From positions 4,340,001 through 4,404,000 of the forward strand of contig OZ176056.1 of the NCBI GenBank assembly GCA_964247055.1: 64,000 nucleotides of DNA, written 5' to 3'. Shown one piece after another: positions 1 through 12,063 of this stretch (position 1 is its first letter; every line of letters begins with the position of its first letter). The position numbers and the translations under genes are program-made. This stretch comes from Paragordius varius. Taxonomy: Eukaryota > Animalia > Nematomorpha. The notes under the pieces were generated by a model, which was not told where the DNA came from, ran no database searches, and saw nothing but the letters and a program-made list of their open reading frames with translations.

Positions 1-111
1 AAAGATAAAATATTTAATAGATATCAGTCTCAAACATAAGTTTTTTATAAACTATATTATTGCATATTCTGGAAATATTATTTAAAATCAATACGGTCCC
101 CCCCTCACTTG

Positions 112-372
112 ATATACTTACAATTCAAATTTACCCTTATACAATTTTAATTCACCTTCATAAATTATGTGTTTTTGGGCTAATATAACTCCTATCTAAT
201 ATGAAATATATCTTTATGGAATAATTAAATAATTAATTATTTTATTTAATTTTAACAAAATATTTTATAAAAATATAGGTAATTTTTCATTTTAAAAACA
301 CATAATATAAGGGTGAATGTTCGAGGGTGATTTGAATTGCTCAAGGGGGAATTCGAGGTTTAAATGATATAT
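112..372. mobile_element. MITE family 1 copy
   Basis: CAATTCAAATTTACCCTT... / ...AGGGTGATTTGAATTG arms with the same core. Confidence 0.7.
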
Positions 373-474
373 ATAATTCGCGCAATTATTATTTATAACC
401 ATTATGCCAATTGTCATAAACGAATATTCATCATTTTTGATTGCCAAAACAATATTTTTATGTATTTTCTTTAG

Positions 475-3400
475 GAATCCTGTCAAGGAACCAAGGGATG
501 TACCCTTAGTAAAAGTCAATCTTTTATGATTAAAGAATCACCACTAATCACTGAACACCAAATTAGGGAATGGAAAACAAGGCCAAAGGTAACATTAAAC
601 ATCAAAATTATACAGACAAAAAAACAATTTTTAAAAAGACAACCATGCATTTTATATTTTAATTTTTTATAACTCCTTGTTTTACAGTCAGTCATATATC
701 CTTTATTTTATCAAAAATTTATTTTTTAACGTTAAATGGGTATAAATATTTGGTAAATTTTATAACTCCTCGTTTTACAGTCAGTCATATAACCTTTTAT
801 TTACGTTGAATGGGTATAAATACTTGGTAAAGAATGGAAAAAACAAGAGGTTTATGGTAATTCTTATACTTTTTTGATCAATATGATATTGTTAATACCA
901 TAGAGCTTTTGTTTTTTTCCATTTTTTACCAAATATTTATACCCATTTAACGAAAAAAATAATTTTTGATAAAATAAACGATACATCACTATAAACTGCA
1001 AAGTATAGATATAAATTGGTAGCAAAATCGATTGTGTATTTAACAATTTTAATTAAATGATTTTTATCGGACAATTAAGGTTTTAAAAAGTATGGTTTCT
1101 TTTGAAAAAGGAATTTTTTCTTTATATAATACATTTTTATACGCTTATAATTTAAATTTTTACGTTAATAGTTTTGTATATTAATAAAGAATAACTTTGA
1201 TAGATTCTTTTTGATTTTATATGTCAACTTGGGACGTGGTCTGAGTGGTCCCCATGTACAGCATATTGTGGAATGGGTTCTAGATATCGTACTCGAGAAT
1301 ACATTCCTCAAATACAAAATTTGGACATGTTGCAAAAATGGGATGACAAATTTTCGTTTTTCGTTAACGCCAATATTTTGCCCGAAATCGGAACTGTTAT
1401 TAAAAGTCAACCCAAAAAACATCGAAAATTTATTGTTAACAATTCATTTCTACAAGATAATGCATCTTCTTCTAATTTTAACATTGACCTTCCAATGATT
1501 TGTAAACGATTTGCCGAAACTCTTATTGAAGCAGGAAAAACCAACCCGTCTGAAAATCGGACAAGTCTACCAAGCCACCATACTAATTTAGCTAACGATT
1601 TCAATAGCGCTATATTAATGGAAGAAGAGATTTGTCAGGGTATTGATTCCAGCTGCGTACTAAATATTAGCAGAAGTTCAGGTTTACACATAAATAAATG
1701 ATGTATTTTATTAATAAAATTTTATTGGTTACATAAGTCCTTTTAAAATGTACAAGTATTTTTTTAGGTTTTTTAAGACCTGCATTGCACTGTGAGTATA
1801 CCAGCTACTTTTTTTTAATTATTGTCAGACAGCAGCGCATATAATACGGTAAAAACAATTATTGTTGGCTTAAAAGTTATTTTCATTTTTTACTATTATT
1901 GGGATTAATAATGCTCTTTGCTGTATACTATAATATGCTATCTGGCAATATTCAATGTAAAACACTAGCAATTTATTCTTATTCACGCTGTAAGTCATGC
2001 TTTTAACAATAAAATTAACAATTAGTAACAATACGAATTTGCCTTATACTTTCATAAAATTAACACATATTTTTTTATTTTAATAAATTTTTATAAAGGA
2101 TTTTAGTAAATTATTCGTCATAAAATTTCCAAAATATTTTGGGGTAAAAGATAATACTTCACAGTATTTTATTTTACAATTTTGTTTAACTTTTTATTTT
2201 AGAAATATGTCTTTCTCCAGTTAAAAGGGGTCCCTGCAGAGGACCTTTCCAAAGATGGTACTTCAATAGTGATTTGGGTATTTGTCGAAAATTTTGGTAT
2301 GGCGGATGTCATGGTTCGCCCAATCTTTTCAACACGTATCTTGAATGCAAACAAATGTGTGAGGATATGATTGAAGGTTTTTTCATTTAAACTTGGTCTG
2401 TAGAATAAAGCTTTAAATTTTTAATCAAGAGTAAAAATCAGAACAGAACTACATTAGAATTAAAATTTTATAAACTCAATCATCAAATAATGTAAATATC
2501 ATAGTAGTGTTTTAACCAGGGGTATCCAACTCATATATCTTCTCAGCTGTTTCGATAATTTTTGGTTTTTATTTATTTATTTTGAGCCCAATATCGCATG
2601 ATATATCATCTAAATGATTATAAATTTTGGATTGAAATCCAATTTTTATTTTTTTAACATTTTTTAAAGCAGTTTTGCGCACCTAAAAAAGCGTGTAAGG
2701 CATCTCTGGTTTAAACTTTACGCTATTTCGGTTTTCTAAAATGATAAACTAATTCTTTACTAGTCAATATTATATATAAGATCTTTGAATAAAATAAAGA
2801 TAAACCAAAGAATAAATTCTGGGCTTTTTTAGATTCCACCGATAATATTTTAAGTTATTTGTTTTCCGGATTACATTAAATTTTGCTAAAAGCTCATAAT
2901 AGGTTAGTAATTAAGTTTCATTATATTTTAGAGATTATGGGAAATAAGATCATTGATGCGAATCATATAAACGAAGAGGAGAATAGTAGACATACTTTTA
3001 CAGATTGTGTCCTTTCCGCCTGGACGCCTTGGAGTAAATGTTCTAAAGCGTGTGGAACAGGTCAAATATAAACATTATTTCTTTAAATAGTTAAAAAAAA
3101 ATGATATTTTTATTTTAAAAATAGGGTTTCAAGAACGAACTCGTGAAGTTTTGACTGAAGCAAGCAATGGAGGTAGGCCATGTGACAAAAAACTTTATGA
3201 GTTTAAATACTGTCACCAGTCGGAATGTCGTAAGTTTTTATTAAAATTTATGTGATTTGGCATTTATTTTATGAGACAATGTGTTTCATATCGACTTTTT
3301 AATTCCGTCGATCCTTTCTTCTTTATTATTTATAATAAATTAAATATCCAAAATCTATTTTAAATTAAAAATGTGTAATTTTAATTGGAATACATAAAAT

Positions 3401-3656
3401 TATTAATTTAGAAAATAGCAATTGTATATATGGTCCTTGGTCCGAATGGAGTAGATGTGAAAAATGTATGATAGGTACTTTTCAAACGCGATACAAACCT
3501 ATTCTTTACCAAAAATATAAAGATACTGAAACTCAATCATCCACAAATGTCAATACGACCCTTGGAAACAGCAATGGGACACAAAAGGGAAAATGTCAGA
3601 AAATTATTGAACAAAGAGAATGTACACATTCCTTTGAATGTACTAAAACTATATAA
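475..3656 (+). CDS. F-spondin/spondin-1-like extracellular protein, 3' portion (TSP1 repeats flanking a Kunitz domain); 5' end lies outside the window
   Basis: Manual exons with GT-AG sites and compatible phases: 475-588, 1204-1681, 2203-2376, 2932-3060, 3125-3229, 3412-3656. TSP1 motifs: CQLGTWSEWSPCTAYCGMGSRYRTR, CVLSAWTPWSKCSKACGTGFQERTR, CIYGPWSEWSRC. Kunitz domain: ICLSPVKRGPCRGPFQRWYF...CRKFWYGGCHGSPNLFNTYLECKQMC. The TSP-Kunitz-TSP-TSP order matches invertebrate F-spondins. Confidence 0.8.
2517..2708. mobile_element. hAT (Charlie-like) MITE
   Basis: CAGGGGTATCC ... GGCATCTCTG with a near-perfect 8-bp TSD (GTTTTAAC / GTTTAAAC). Related right ends GACACCCCTG occur at about 13380 and 46038. 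Confidence 0.65.
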
Positions 3657-4090
3657 TTATATTAAATTCAATAAAAATTCCACTTTATTATATCTTATTT
3701 GATTCATGCAAAATTCATGAAACGATGCATGCATATAATAAAAAACTGGAATACTAAATCATGAGATCTTTACATAAAACAATAAGTTTTTTTGCATATA
3801 TTTAGTGGTATATATTTGTACGGCAAAAGAAATATTATAAGGTCAAAACGCAAAAAAATATGAGGCTAATATAACTACATTTTTACCTTGGTTTTTAATA
3901 TAGCATATCGTTTCGGGTCGCAAAATTAAGAAACAGATGGTAAAACTATATTTTACAGCTGTAATCTATAAAATAAAGGTTAAAAAATGTATGGCTGTGC
4001 TTTATATAAAACATTTGTCTTTACGTGTTTACGTTTTGTCTTTATAAATTTATTTTTACTGTACAACACCTATTGACAAGTTTTTGACTT

Positions 4091-7000
4091 TTATTGAGTT
4101 TCAGACACAGAGCGGTGTTGATTGATATGGTTTTGAATAGTTTCCACAATCCAATTCATTTGATAATGAACACTCACAAAAACAGGTGGATATTGAAACA
4201 TATCACATTGAGGCCCAGGGCCCCAACTCATTATACCCATCAAATACCATTTTCCATCATCCAATTTACATGTCAGTGGGCCTCCTGAATCGCCCTAAGA
4301 ATTATAGATTAGTTGTTTGCTTAGTAAAAATATTTTTCGGGCATTTCATTAATTAACTACATTTCTACTATATGTTTAAGATAATTACGTAAATATTGTG
4401 TGCAAAATTATATTAAACATTCCACTGACCATAGAGAGAAATTCTATATAACACCAAAACAAAAAATAATATATTTTAAAATCCAAAACAGGCCTTTTCA
4501 TTATAAGTGTTAATACTATATTTTAAATACATTAATATTTTGCAAAATTATATTAAAAAACATTTGGTTATTGATATGAAAACACCGATCCATGGACGGA
4601 AATTTGATAGAACAATAATACAAAAAAATATGTTAATACCCAAATAGGCCTTTTCTACTATTTAAAAGTGTTAATACGTACCACACATGTCGAGCTTTTT
4701 CCTTCAGCATTTCCAGCACATATCATCCCATGGATGCTTTTATTGAGGTGATTGTAAATTTCTTTACATTGCACCGGATTAATATATTGGAGGCACGCTT
4801 CTTGTAAATCTCTCGTTTTTTTGTAGCCAGCTATAAAATAATTTTATAGAAGTTTATGAGATATTGATTTGTAATTAGGTTTTACGATGTTTTGAATATA
4901 TTTATGGGATAGATAACCTTAAACAATTAGTGTTCTTTATAAAGCTTAAACCTTGGCCCTTTTTATTATATAATAAATAAAAAATACCTGGTGAATAACA
5001 ACCGTCAAAGCCCAGTTTAATTATTTAATTCTCGATAGAAACACATTTAGCTAGATATGACAAGTTATGCAATTTGATAAACCCGATAACTTCCTTCCAT
5101 ATACGTCTTAGTCAAAGTTCACATTAAATAATTTAAGCCACAAGGGAAATCAATAATAATGTTGTAAATTGTTGCATTTAAAAATATGAATTAATCAGAA
5201 TTTTGAGGTAATTAAACAACCAATAAAGGTATTTTTTCTTTATTCGTCATTACCAATTTTTCTACATATGGTGAAGCAACATATAATTTCATAATTTTAT
5301 CATTCAATAAATATTAATTCTATAATTTCAAAAAGATTTTAAGCTTTATTTCATGGTTCAATAGGGCAAATTTAACTTATTCCATGATTGTATAACAACC
5401 CTGCTTGAAAATATTTTAAATATACGTTTTATGAGTGCATTTAAATCATATTGCATAAGTTTGATTAATTAAGGAGGTAATTGTCAAGTTTTTATTTTAT
5501 AACCTAATGAATTTTAATCTTGGGTTGAATAATTTCTATTTATTGAGTATAAAAAAGTTGTTTTTCATATAACATAGTTAAATTTATATATGCAAAATAT
5601 AGGGTTTATCGGGTGGTATACAGTGGTCTACTTGTTAACACTTGTATACAACACATTCATTTTAGTCCTTCGATTCAAATTGGGGTAGTTAAATACCCCA
5701 GGCCTGTTTAAAATTAAATTTTTAAAAAATGGTAGGAATCAAAACCATGACAAAATTTTGCACTTACATAACATTAATAAACCGAAATATATAATAAATT
5801 TTATTCTAAAATTCCTGATAATACCTTTTTTAAGATAAAACCGACGGAAAAATTTGGCCAACGTGACATGTGTGCAATAGTAAAATTGAAAAATAATCCA
5901 AAATAAACCTCTTTTTCTATTTCTATCAATGTTAGATGTAATTTAAATAAAAAAATAGCTTAAATTTTACCCTTTGAATTAAATGAAGACGATATTTTGC
6001 AAAAATTGTGCAAAATAAAAATGGCGTCGAAGTAGTTTGACATGGAAATTTTTTTTCAAAACAAAATTTTATTTAGATATTTTGGCATATTTATATAATT
6101 TTTATTAGGATAGAAGCATAAATTTAAATTGGGACCGTTTCATTCAGTAGTTTTTTAAACCGAAATCAAATTTAGTCTGTGGTATTTAAATACCCCAATT
6201 TGAATCGAAGTGTTAAACAAAACAGGATATTCTTATGTTAAAATCAATGGATTGTCTAACATTATTATTGAAAAGTATAAAAAAACATTACCATATGTTT
6301 AAAATATTTTGTCGAAATTTTCAAGAAAGGCAAATAACTTAATTTTTATGACACTTTAAAATATTTATTTATTTGTATATTAATGAAATATAAAAAATTT
6401 AATTTTAGAATGAAAATGCGATAATATACTTTTTTCGTGATAACCAATAGCACCCCATCCACTTGTGTAGCAATCTTGGTGTTGTTTTGGCCAATAACAA
6501 TTGCTCAAATTTATTTTATCCTTCTCTCCCGTTACATTTTCATTTTGATTTTGACATGATTGGCTTAACAAAGTTATGTTTATATTGTTCCAGTTGTAAT
6601 TATTGGAGAAAGAAGAATCCATATTTTTAGATTCGTCCTTAGTAAATTTTGTTGAAAGGACTGGTAAACATACAATATTAAGGTTTTTGGAAATATTAGC
6701 CGGACTTTCCAAAACCAACAAACTTATATCGTTGGCAGGGATGGAATCAGTTTCTGCATCATATGTATAAGTGTTGTGATCATAAATGTGACTTATACGG
6801 GATATCCATATATTTTCATTCAACTTTTTATCTTTCGAATCCAATAAGGGTGGTTTAATGTGCGTAACATTACCTACTACCCTTAATCTCGTGATATTCC
6901 TGAAATAACATTAAAAACAATTATGTTAAAAAGATATATAAAATGTCAATATAATATATCTAAAGTAGGGCTTTGAACCAGGCCAAAAAACATGAAACTT

Positions 7001-9593
7001 CAATGAGATGGTTTTTTGGAAGGGGTGAATTTCGAAACTAGCGAGTTTTTTAAAATTATTGGAGCCGCAATCACACTGGTTCTAAAATAATGCAAACAAT
7101 TTAGGGCTGATTCTGAAGATTCGAAAGCGGTTTCTAACTTCTGTTTTTTCTAACATTAATTTTCACATATTCGACTTCGAAGGATGTCGTATTATGTAAA
7201 TTTTTGCCCAAATAAAATTCTTATCTTATTTGTTGTCCAAAGCATTAAAAGTTTACCATTTGAATTAAAATTGAAAAATTACATAATGATTTATTGTTTC
7301 CCTTTATCACCTATTATAAACATCATTTTATCTTTTTGGATAAAAATATGAAAATCACATATTAGTGAAATTGAAATAGAGGTATATATTGATGGTTAGA
7401 ATCGGAATAAGGGTGATAATTAAATTAAAGTATTGGGGTGGATTTTAAATATTTAGAATCATACCAGTTTGGTTTAAAGCTATAAGAACTGCTCTCAATC
7501 TCATAAACCAAATAGAGTTCCGTTTTGATTCATGTTCAAAGCCCAAATTGCAGGTATACAATTTAACCAAAATTAAGGTAAAATTATAAATTTACAAATT
7601 AAAATCAACATTTACTTTTTATGTAAGTGAAAACACCAAAATTATAATTGGTCGTCATAAATTTTTAAAATGATAAAAGTACAGTAGCGTATGGCATAAA
7701 AAATAATAGTCCATGAAAGAATAAAAAATGTTTTTTTTATTAAACAAGGGAAGATATTATGTATATGTCTGTATACAACTAGGCTTGTTTTTTTAATAAA
7801 AACATTTTTTTATTCTTTTATGGACTAATAATGTTTTATGCCATACGCTACTGTTATAGAAAATGGCATATTTACATGCGTTGAGTACAATGTGCAGCTG
7901 TTAAGGCAAACGAGGGATCAATCAAAATTGCACCACACAAAGGATATCCATTGTGAAGAATGGCTAACTTTAATAAAATGTAAAAAAATCCTGACAATAA
8001 TTATATAGATGTTTAATATAACATTAAACTACATTTTAAATACAGTTGAAACTCCCATCCTTTGCTCTCATAATGTGAAGAAAGACTTTTAAAACAGCTC
8101 TTCATAAAGTACAGTCATGTACCCTTATCAAAAATTTATTTTCTTTCGTTAAATGAGTATAAATATTTGTTAAAGAATGGAAAAAACAAACGATCTATGG
8201 TATTAACAATATCATATTCATTAAAAAAGTATAAGAATTAACATAGAGCTCTTGTTTTTTCCATTCTTTACCAAACATTTATACCCATTTAACAAAAAAT
8301 AAATAAATTTTTGATAAAATAAAGGATACATGACTGTAATTAGCTTTTGCGGATGATCGTGTACTTTCCTGATTTTTAAATAGAAGCTTAGTTTTTGAAC
8401 TTATCAATGCGAATTAACCTATTAGTTTGTGGTTATTACGGAATCTTCATGATGAAAATCTCAATATTTTATTATTTTATAAAATTATAAAAAATAATTG
8501 ATATCTAATCCTATAAAGAATGAATTATGTAAATTTTTACAACAAAGGACATTAATGCGAGCCAAGTATTTTTTAACTATAGTCGTGTTATGAAGGTATG
8601 CGGGTGTTCACTGCACTTCCGAAAATTATCTTTATAATTTAACTTTTGTCTTATTTGGATTTTAACTCAATATAAATATATGATCAATAATTATAAAATA
8701 AATTTTTGATTAATATATTCTACGATACCTAAATTATTTGGTAAATATTACAATATCTTTTTGCTGATCACCGAATTTATAATATTATATCAAAACAAAT
8801 TCGAAAAAATCACTTTAAACAATTTTATCAACCTATAAAGAACAATTAATTTTGATTACGGTTCCCCTCAAATGTAGAGCTGAAACCATTATTGATCTTT
8901 ATATTATTCCATATAAAATGAGTGATATATATAATCATTTAAAATGAGTTTCAAGATTAAAAGAATAGTGTTACGAAAATTGGGATTTACAATAGAAAGT
9001 CTAGTCAATAATCAGATGTCTATAAAAAATATTTTTACTTATATTTATAAGGAAATATTTTGAAAATTACCTGCCAAGGCCAAGTGCCTAATTTAGAGTT
9101 TGTACCTCCTACGATATGGGAATGAGGTAAACTGCAATTACCGATACTAATTCTGTTATCTGATATACCACATTTTAACCAAGCCTGTCCTAAAATATTT
9201 GATTTATATATGTACTATTTTTTCAACCAAATGCAACATTTTTTCAAAAAATGTTGCTTTTGACTGGAAAATGGTATGAAATAATTCTTTTACAATTGTA
9301 AACATAAGAAAATGTAATAAAAATTTATATGGATTTGAAACAAAGTATTGCGGCGTAAATTTATAAACGCTTTTTCACAATCTAATCCAACCCTATTTAA
9401 AATTTTTTTGCAAAATAAAAATTTTAAATTTATTTAAAGTAAATATTTAATGTGTGGAAAATATTTTTTATTTATATTGTTAAGTAAAACGGATTACAAT
9501 AAATATCTAGGGATTAGTACCGCATGTGTAGTCCAGAATCCAAAAAATTGTAAAAGATATTATGATAACATTATAATGGCAATTAAAGTACAT
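4091..9593 (-). CDS. Secreted S1 (chymotrypsin-fold) serine protease with intact catalytic triad
   Basis: Exons 9593-9521 (signal MYFNCHYNVIIISFTIFWILDYTCG), 9189-9071 (CG...HSH-IVGGTNSKLGTWPWQ), 7967-7876 (LCGAILIDPSFALTAAHC), 6899-6430 (NDISLL, VCLP, CYTSGWG), 4830-4682 (MICAG), 4294-4091 (GDSGGPLTC...GIMSWG). Phases are all compatible. Confidence 0.93.
5639..6212 (+). mobile_element. TTAA-flanked MITE family 2 (piggyBac-like), full copy
   Basis: TTAA at 5635-38 and 6213-16. Ends are CACTT...TTCGATTCAAATTGGGG / CCCCAATTTGAATCGAAGTG. It lies in a protease intron. Confidence 0.8.
7682..7853. mobile_element. Palindromic MITE with the same CAGTAGCGTATG terminus as 30267-30690
   Basis: CAGTAGCGTATGGCATAAAA...TTTTATGCCATACGCTACTG. 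Confidence 0.75.
8112..8336. mobile_element. TA-flanked MITE with long TIRs; a related copy with an internal duplication lies at about 683-995
   Basis: TA|CAGTCATGTACCCTT... / ...AAGGATACATGACTG|TA. The arms share TTAAATG(A/G)GTATAAATATTTG...GAATGGAAAAAACAA. Confidence 0.75.
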
Positions 9594-9929
9594 ACGATTG
9601 TAATATTGTAAAAAACTGATAACTAATAATAATTAGGGACAATATTGATTGATTTTTACTGTTTAGCTTTTTTTGCACTGCAGAATAAAATTTTTATTTA
9701 TACAAGTGTTTGGTTTTTTTCATTATTGTATTTTGATTGCTTTTTGGAATGATACAACATACCATTTACAATTTAAAATCACCCTTTAATAATTCGAATT
9801 CACCCTGAAAATATTAATTTTCGCGCTAACATTACTCATCATTATGGCATAGTTTATTATTTTTTCAGATTTTAATTTAAAACAAAATTTTATTTTTCAT
9901 CTATAAATTTATAAAAATGTAAAATACTG

Positions 9930-11849
9930 GCTTTGGGATCTGTTTACGGGAAATCTTAGACCCATTCACCAAATGTCGAAAAAATATAATCATTAATGAA
10001 TGTCTCCACAATAGCTTCGCCCTTTTTTAAAATAGGCCCCCACTTCGGGCCCACCCAGTGTGAAAAACGGTTTTTTTGAAAACAGAAGTTTACAAAAATC
10101 GTGTCTTTGAGACAATTTCCCGAAGAACGTGTTGGACCATTCAAATTCAAATATGATTTTTGTTTAGTTATTTTCGATTGCGCCGAACATAGTCGTCTTG
10201 CTATTTTTATTTAGGCCCTCTTTTATCCGCTCCCCCGTAAAATGCCATTTTTTTCAAAAAAGCAAAGTCCACAAAAATAATTTTTTGAATTATTTTTCGC
10301 CCAAGGTAAGAGACCGTAAAAATTAAATCAGGATTTCAGGTATTGCCTGTTGAAAGGCAAACATTTTAGCCGTGCGTTTTTTTATATTGGCTACTGGGTA
10401 GGGAGATACCCACTAAAAACTGCACGTTATATCGAAATAGCGTGCCTTTTGGGCTAAATTTCAGAAAACCTATCCGGCCATATGAGTTCTATTGATGGTT
10501 AAAATATTACCTTAACAATGCAAAAATTTAGGTAGTGCGGTTTTTAAAATTATCCGTTAATTGGTCCCTTCACGCCCTGAAAAATGCGCCACCATAGAAG
10601 GATTCTTTAGTTTTGAGGCAATGTTTCCAAAAACCAATGAAAGCATATGGAACAATCCTGATTCCAGGTATTCTTCGTAAAAAGGCAAAAATTTTAATCG
10701 AGCGCTTTTTTGTATCAGCCTCTGGGTAGACAGCTACCAGCCAACAATTGCGCCACCATGATACAACGTGACTTTGGAGGCAAATTTTAGAAAACTTATC
10801 AGGCCATAAGAGTACAATAAGGGCTTGAAATATGTCAAAAGGCAAAAATTTTAATATAGCGCATTTATTAAATTACCCTTTTGCCTAGAAAAATGCGCCA
10901 CCATAGAATGGCTTTTTGGTTTAAGGCAATTTTTCGAAAATCCCACGAAATTACCCGAATTAAGGCTGGTTAGGGGACCCGCGTAAAACTGCGTTACCAT
11001 ATCGATACAGCATGCCTTTGGGCTAAATTTCAGAAAATTTATGAGAATGATAGAGGAACATATGGAATCCATGATAATTCCAGATTTTCCCCACATTAAG
11101 GCAAAAATTTTGCCCAAAGCTTTTTTACCTGTCCCTGGGTAAAGAGGTACCCGCCAAAAACTGCGCCACTATATAAGCGTTGAATCTAATTTACAGAAAA
11201 TTTATGGAGCCAAATGAGCTTATTAAAAGGTGAAATATTACCAGTAACTAGGTAAAAATTAAGGTCAGGCGTTTTTTTATTTGCCGCTAATTTGGGTATG
11301 CCCTGAAAATACGCCGTCATATAACGATTATTTGGTGTTAAGGTAATTTTTCGAAAAACCCATGAGACGATGTTTCAAATAATTCCAATTTCGCCTATAA
11401 AGGCAAAGAATTTAACTCAGCGATTTTCGATATAAGTCTATTGGTAAGGGTCTCCCGTAAAACTGAGACACCATATAAAAATGGCGTGGTTTTAGAGCTA
11501 AAGCCATACGAGTTCAGTTAAACACATTTCTGGGTAAATTCTTTCCTCTGAAAAGAAACCACAAATGATTTGCTTTTTATATCCCGTAATCCCAGCTGTG
11601 TGAACACAATTTCAAAATTACAATTTTAACCATGATTTCGAAAAAGGAAAATCTAAAAATAAATCCAATAATAGTTTAATATTAACTTAAATAAGGGACA
11701 GTTTAAATATGGTTAATTTCGAGTAGCCTATGCTGTAATAGAATAATAATTAAAACATTCTTATCTCCATTATCTCTATTTATTGCAAATTATTAAGAAT
11801 AATTATTGGTGAGACTGCGTCAGAGCGAAGTATGACAGGGCCAGCTAGT
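9930..11849 (+). mobile_element. GC-enriched element with degenerate internal tandem repeats and a Helitron-like 3' end
   Basis: The motifs CTGGGTA...AAA(C/A)TGCGCCACCATA...GGCTAAATTTCAGAAAA recur at about 10395, 10722, 10965, 11135 and 11443. The element ends GAGCGAAGTATGACAGGGCCAGCTAG|T. The 5' boundary is approximate. Confidence 0.5.
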
Positions 11850-12063
11850 AAAAATATAATAGGTAATTTTTAATCTTAAAAAGTGACAAAACAATTTTTT
11901 AATTTAAACATATAAGACACAACTCACCAAGTACATGATTTTTGCAAAAACACATCAAGGTATCAAATCAAAAACTCGCATTTAACAACAATACCAATAA
12001 TTTATTAATTTATTTATGCGCACATATATATATATGTGTAAATTATTTATAAATATAATCTAT

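Noticed and set aside
6966-7546. Possible hAT MITE (TAGGGCTTTGAAC / GTTCAAAGCCCAA)
   Set aside because: Single copy in the window with an imperfect TIR and no 8-bp TSD.
10570-11117. ORF-track ORFs of 91 and 88 aa on the minus strand
   Set aside because: They lie in the degenerate tandem-repeat tract and show no protein-like motifs.
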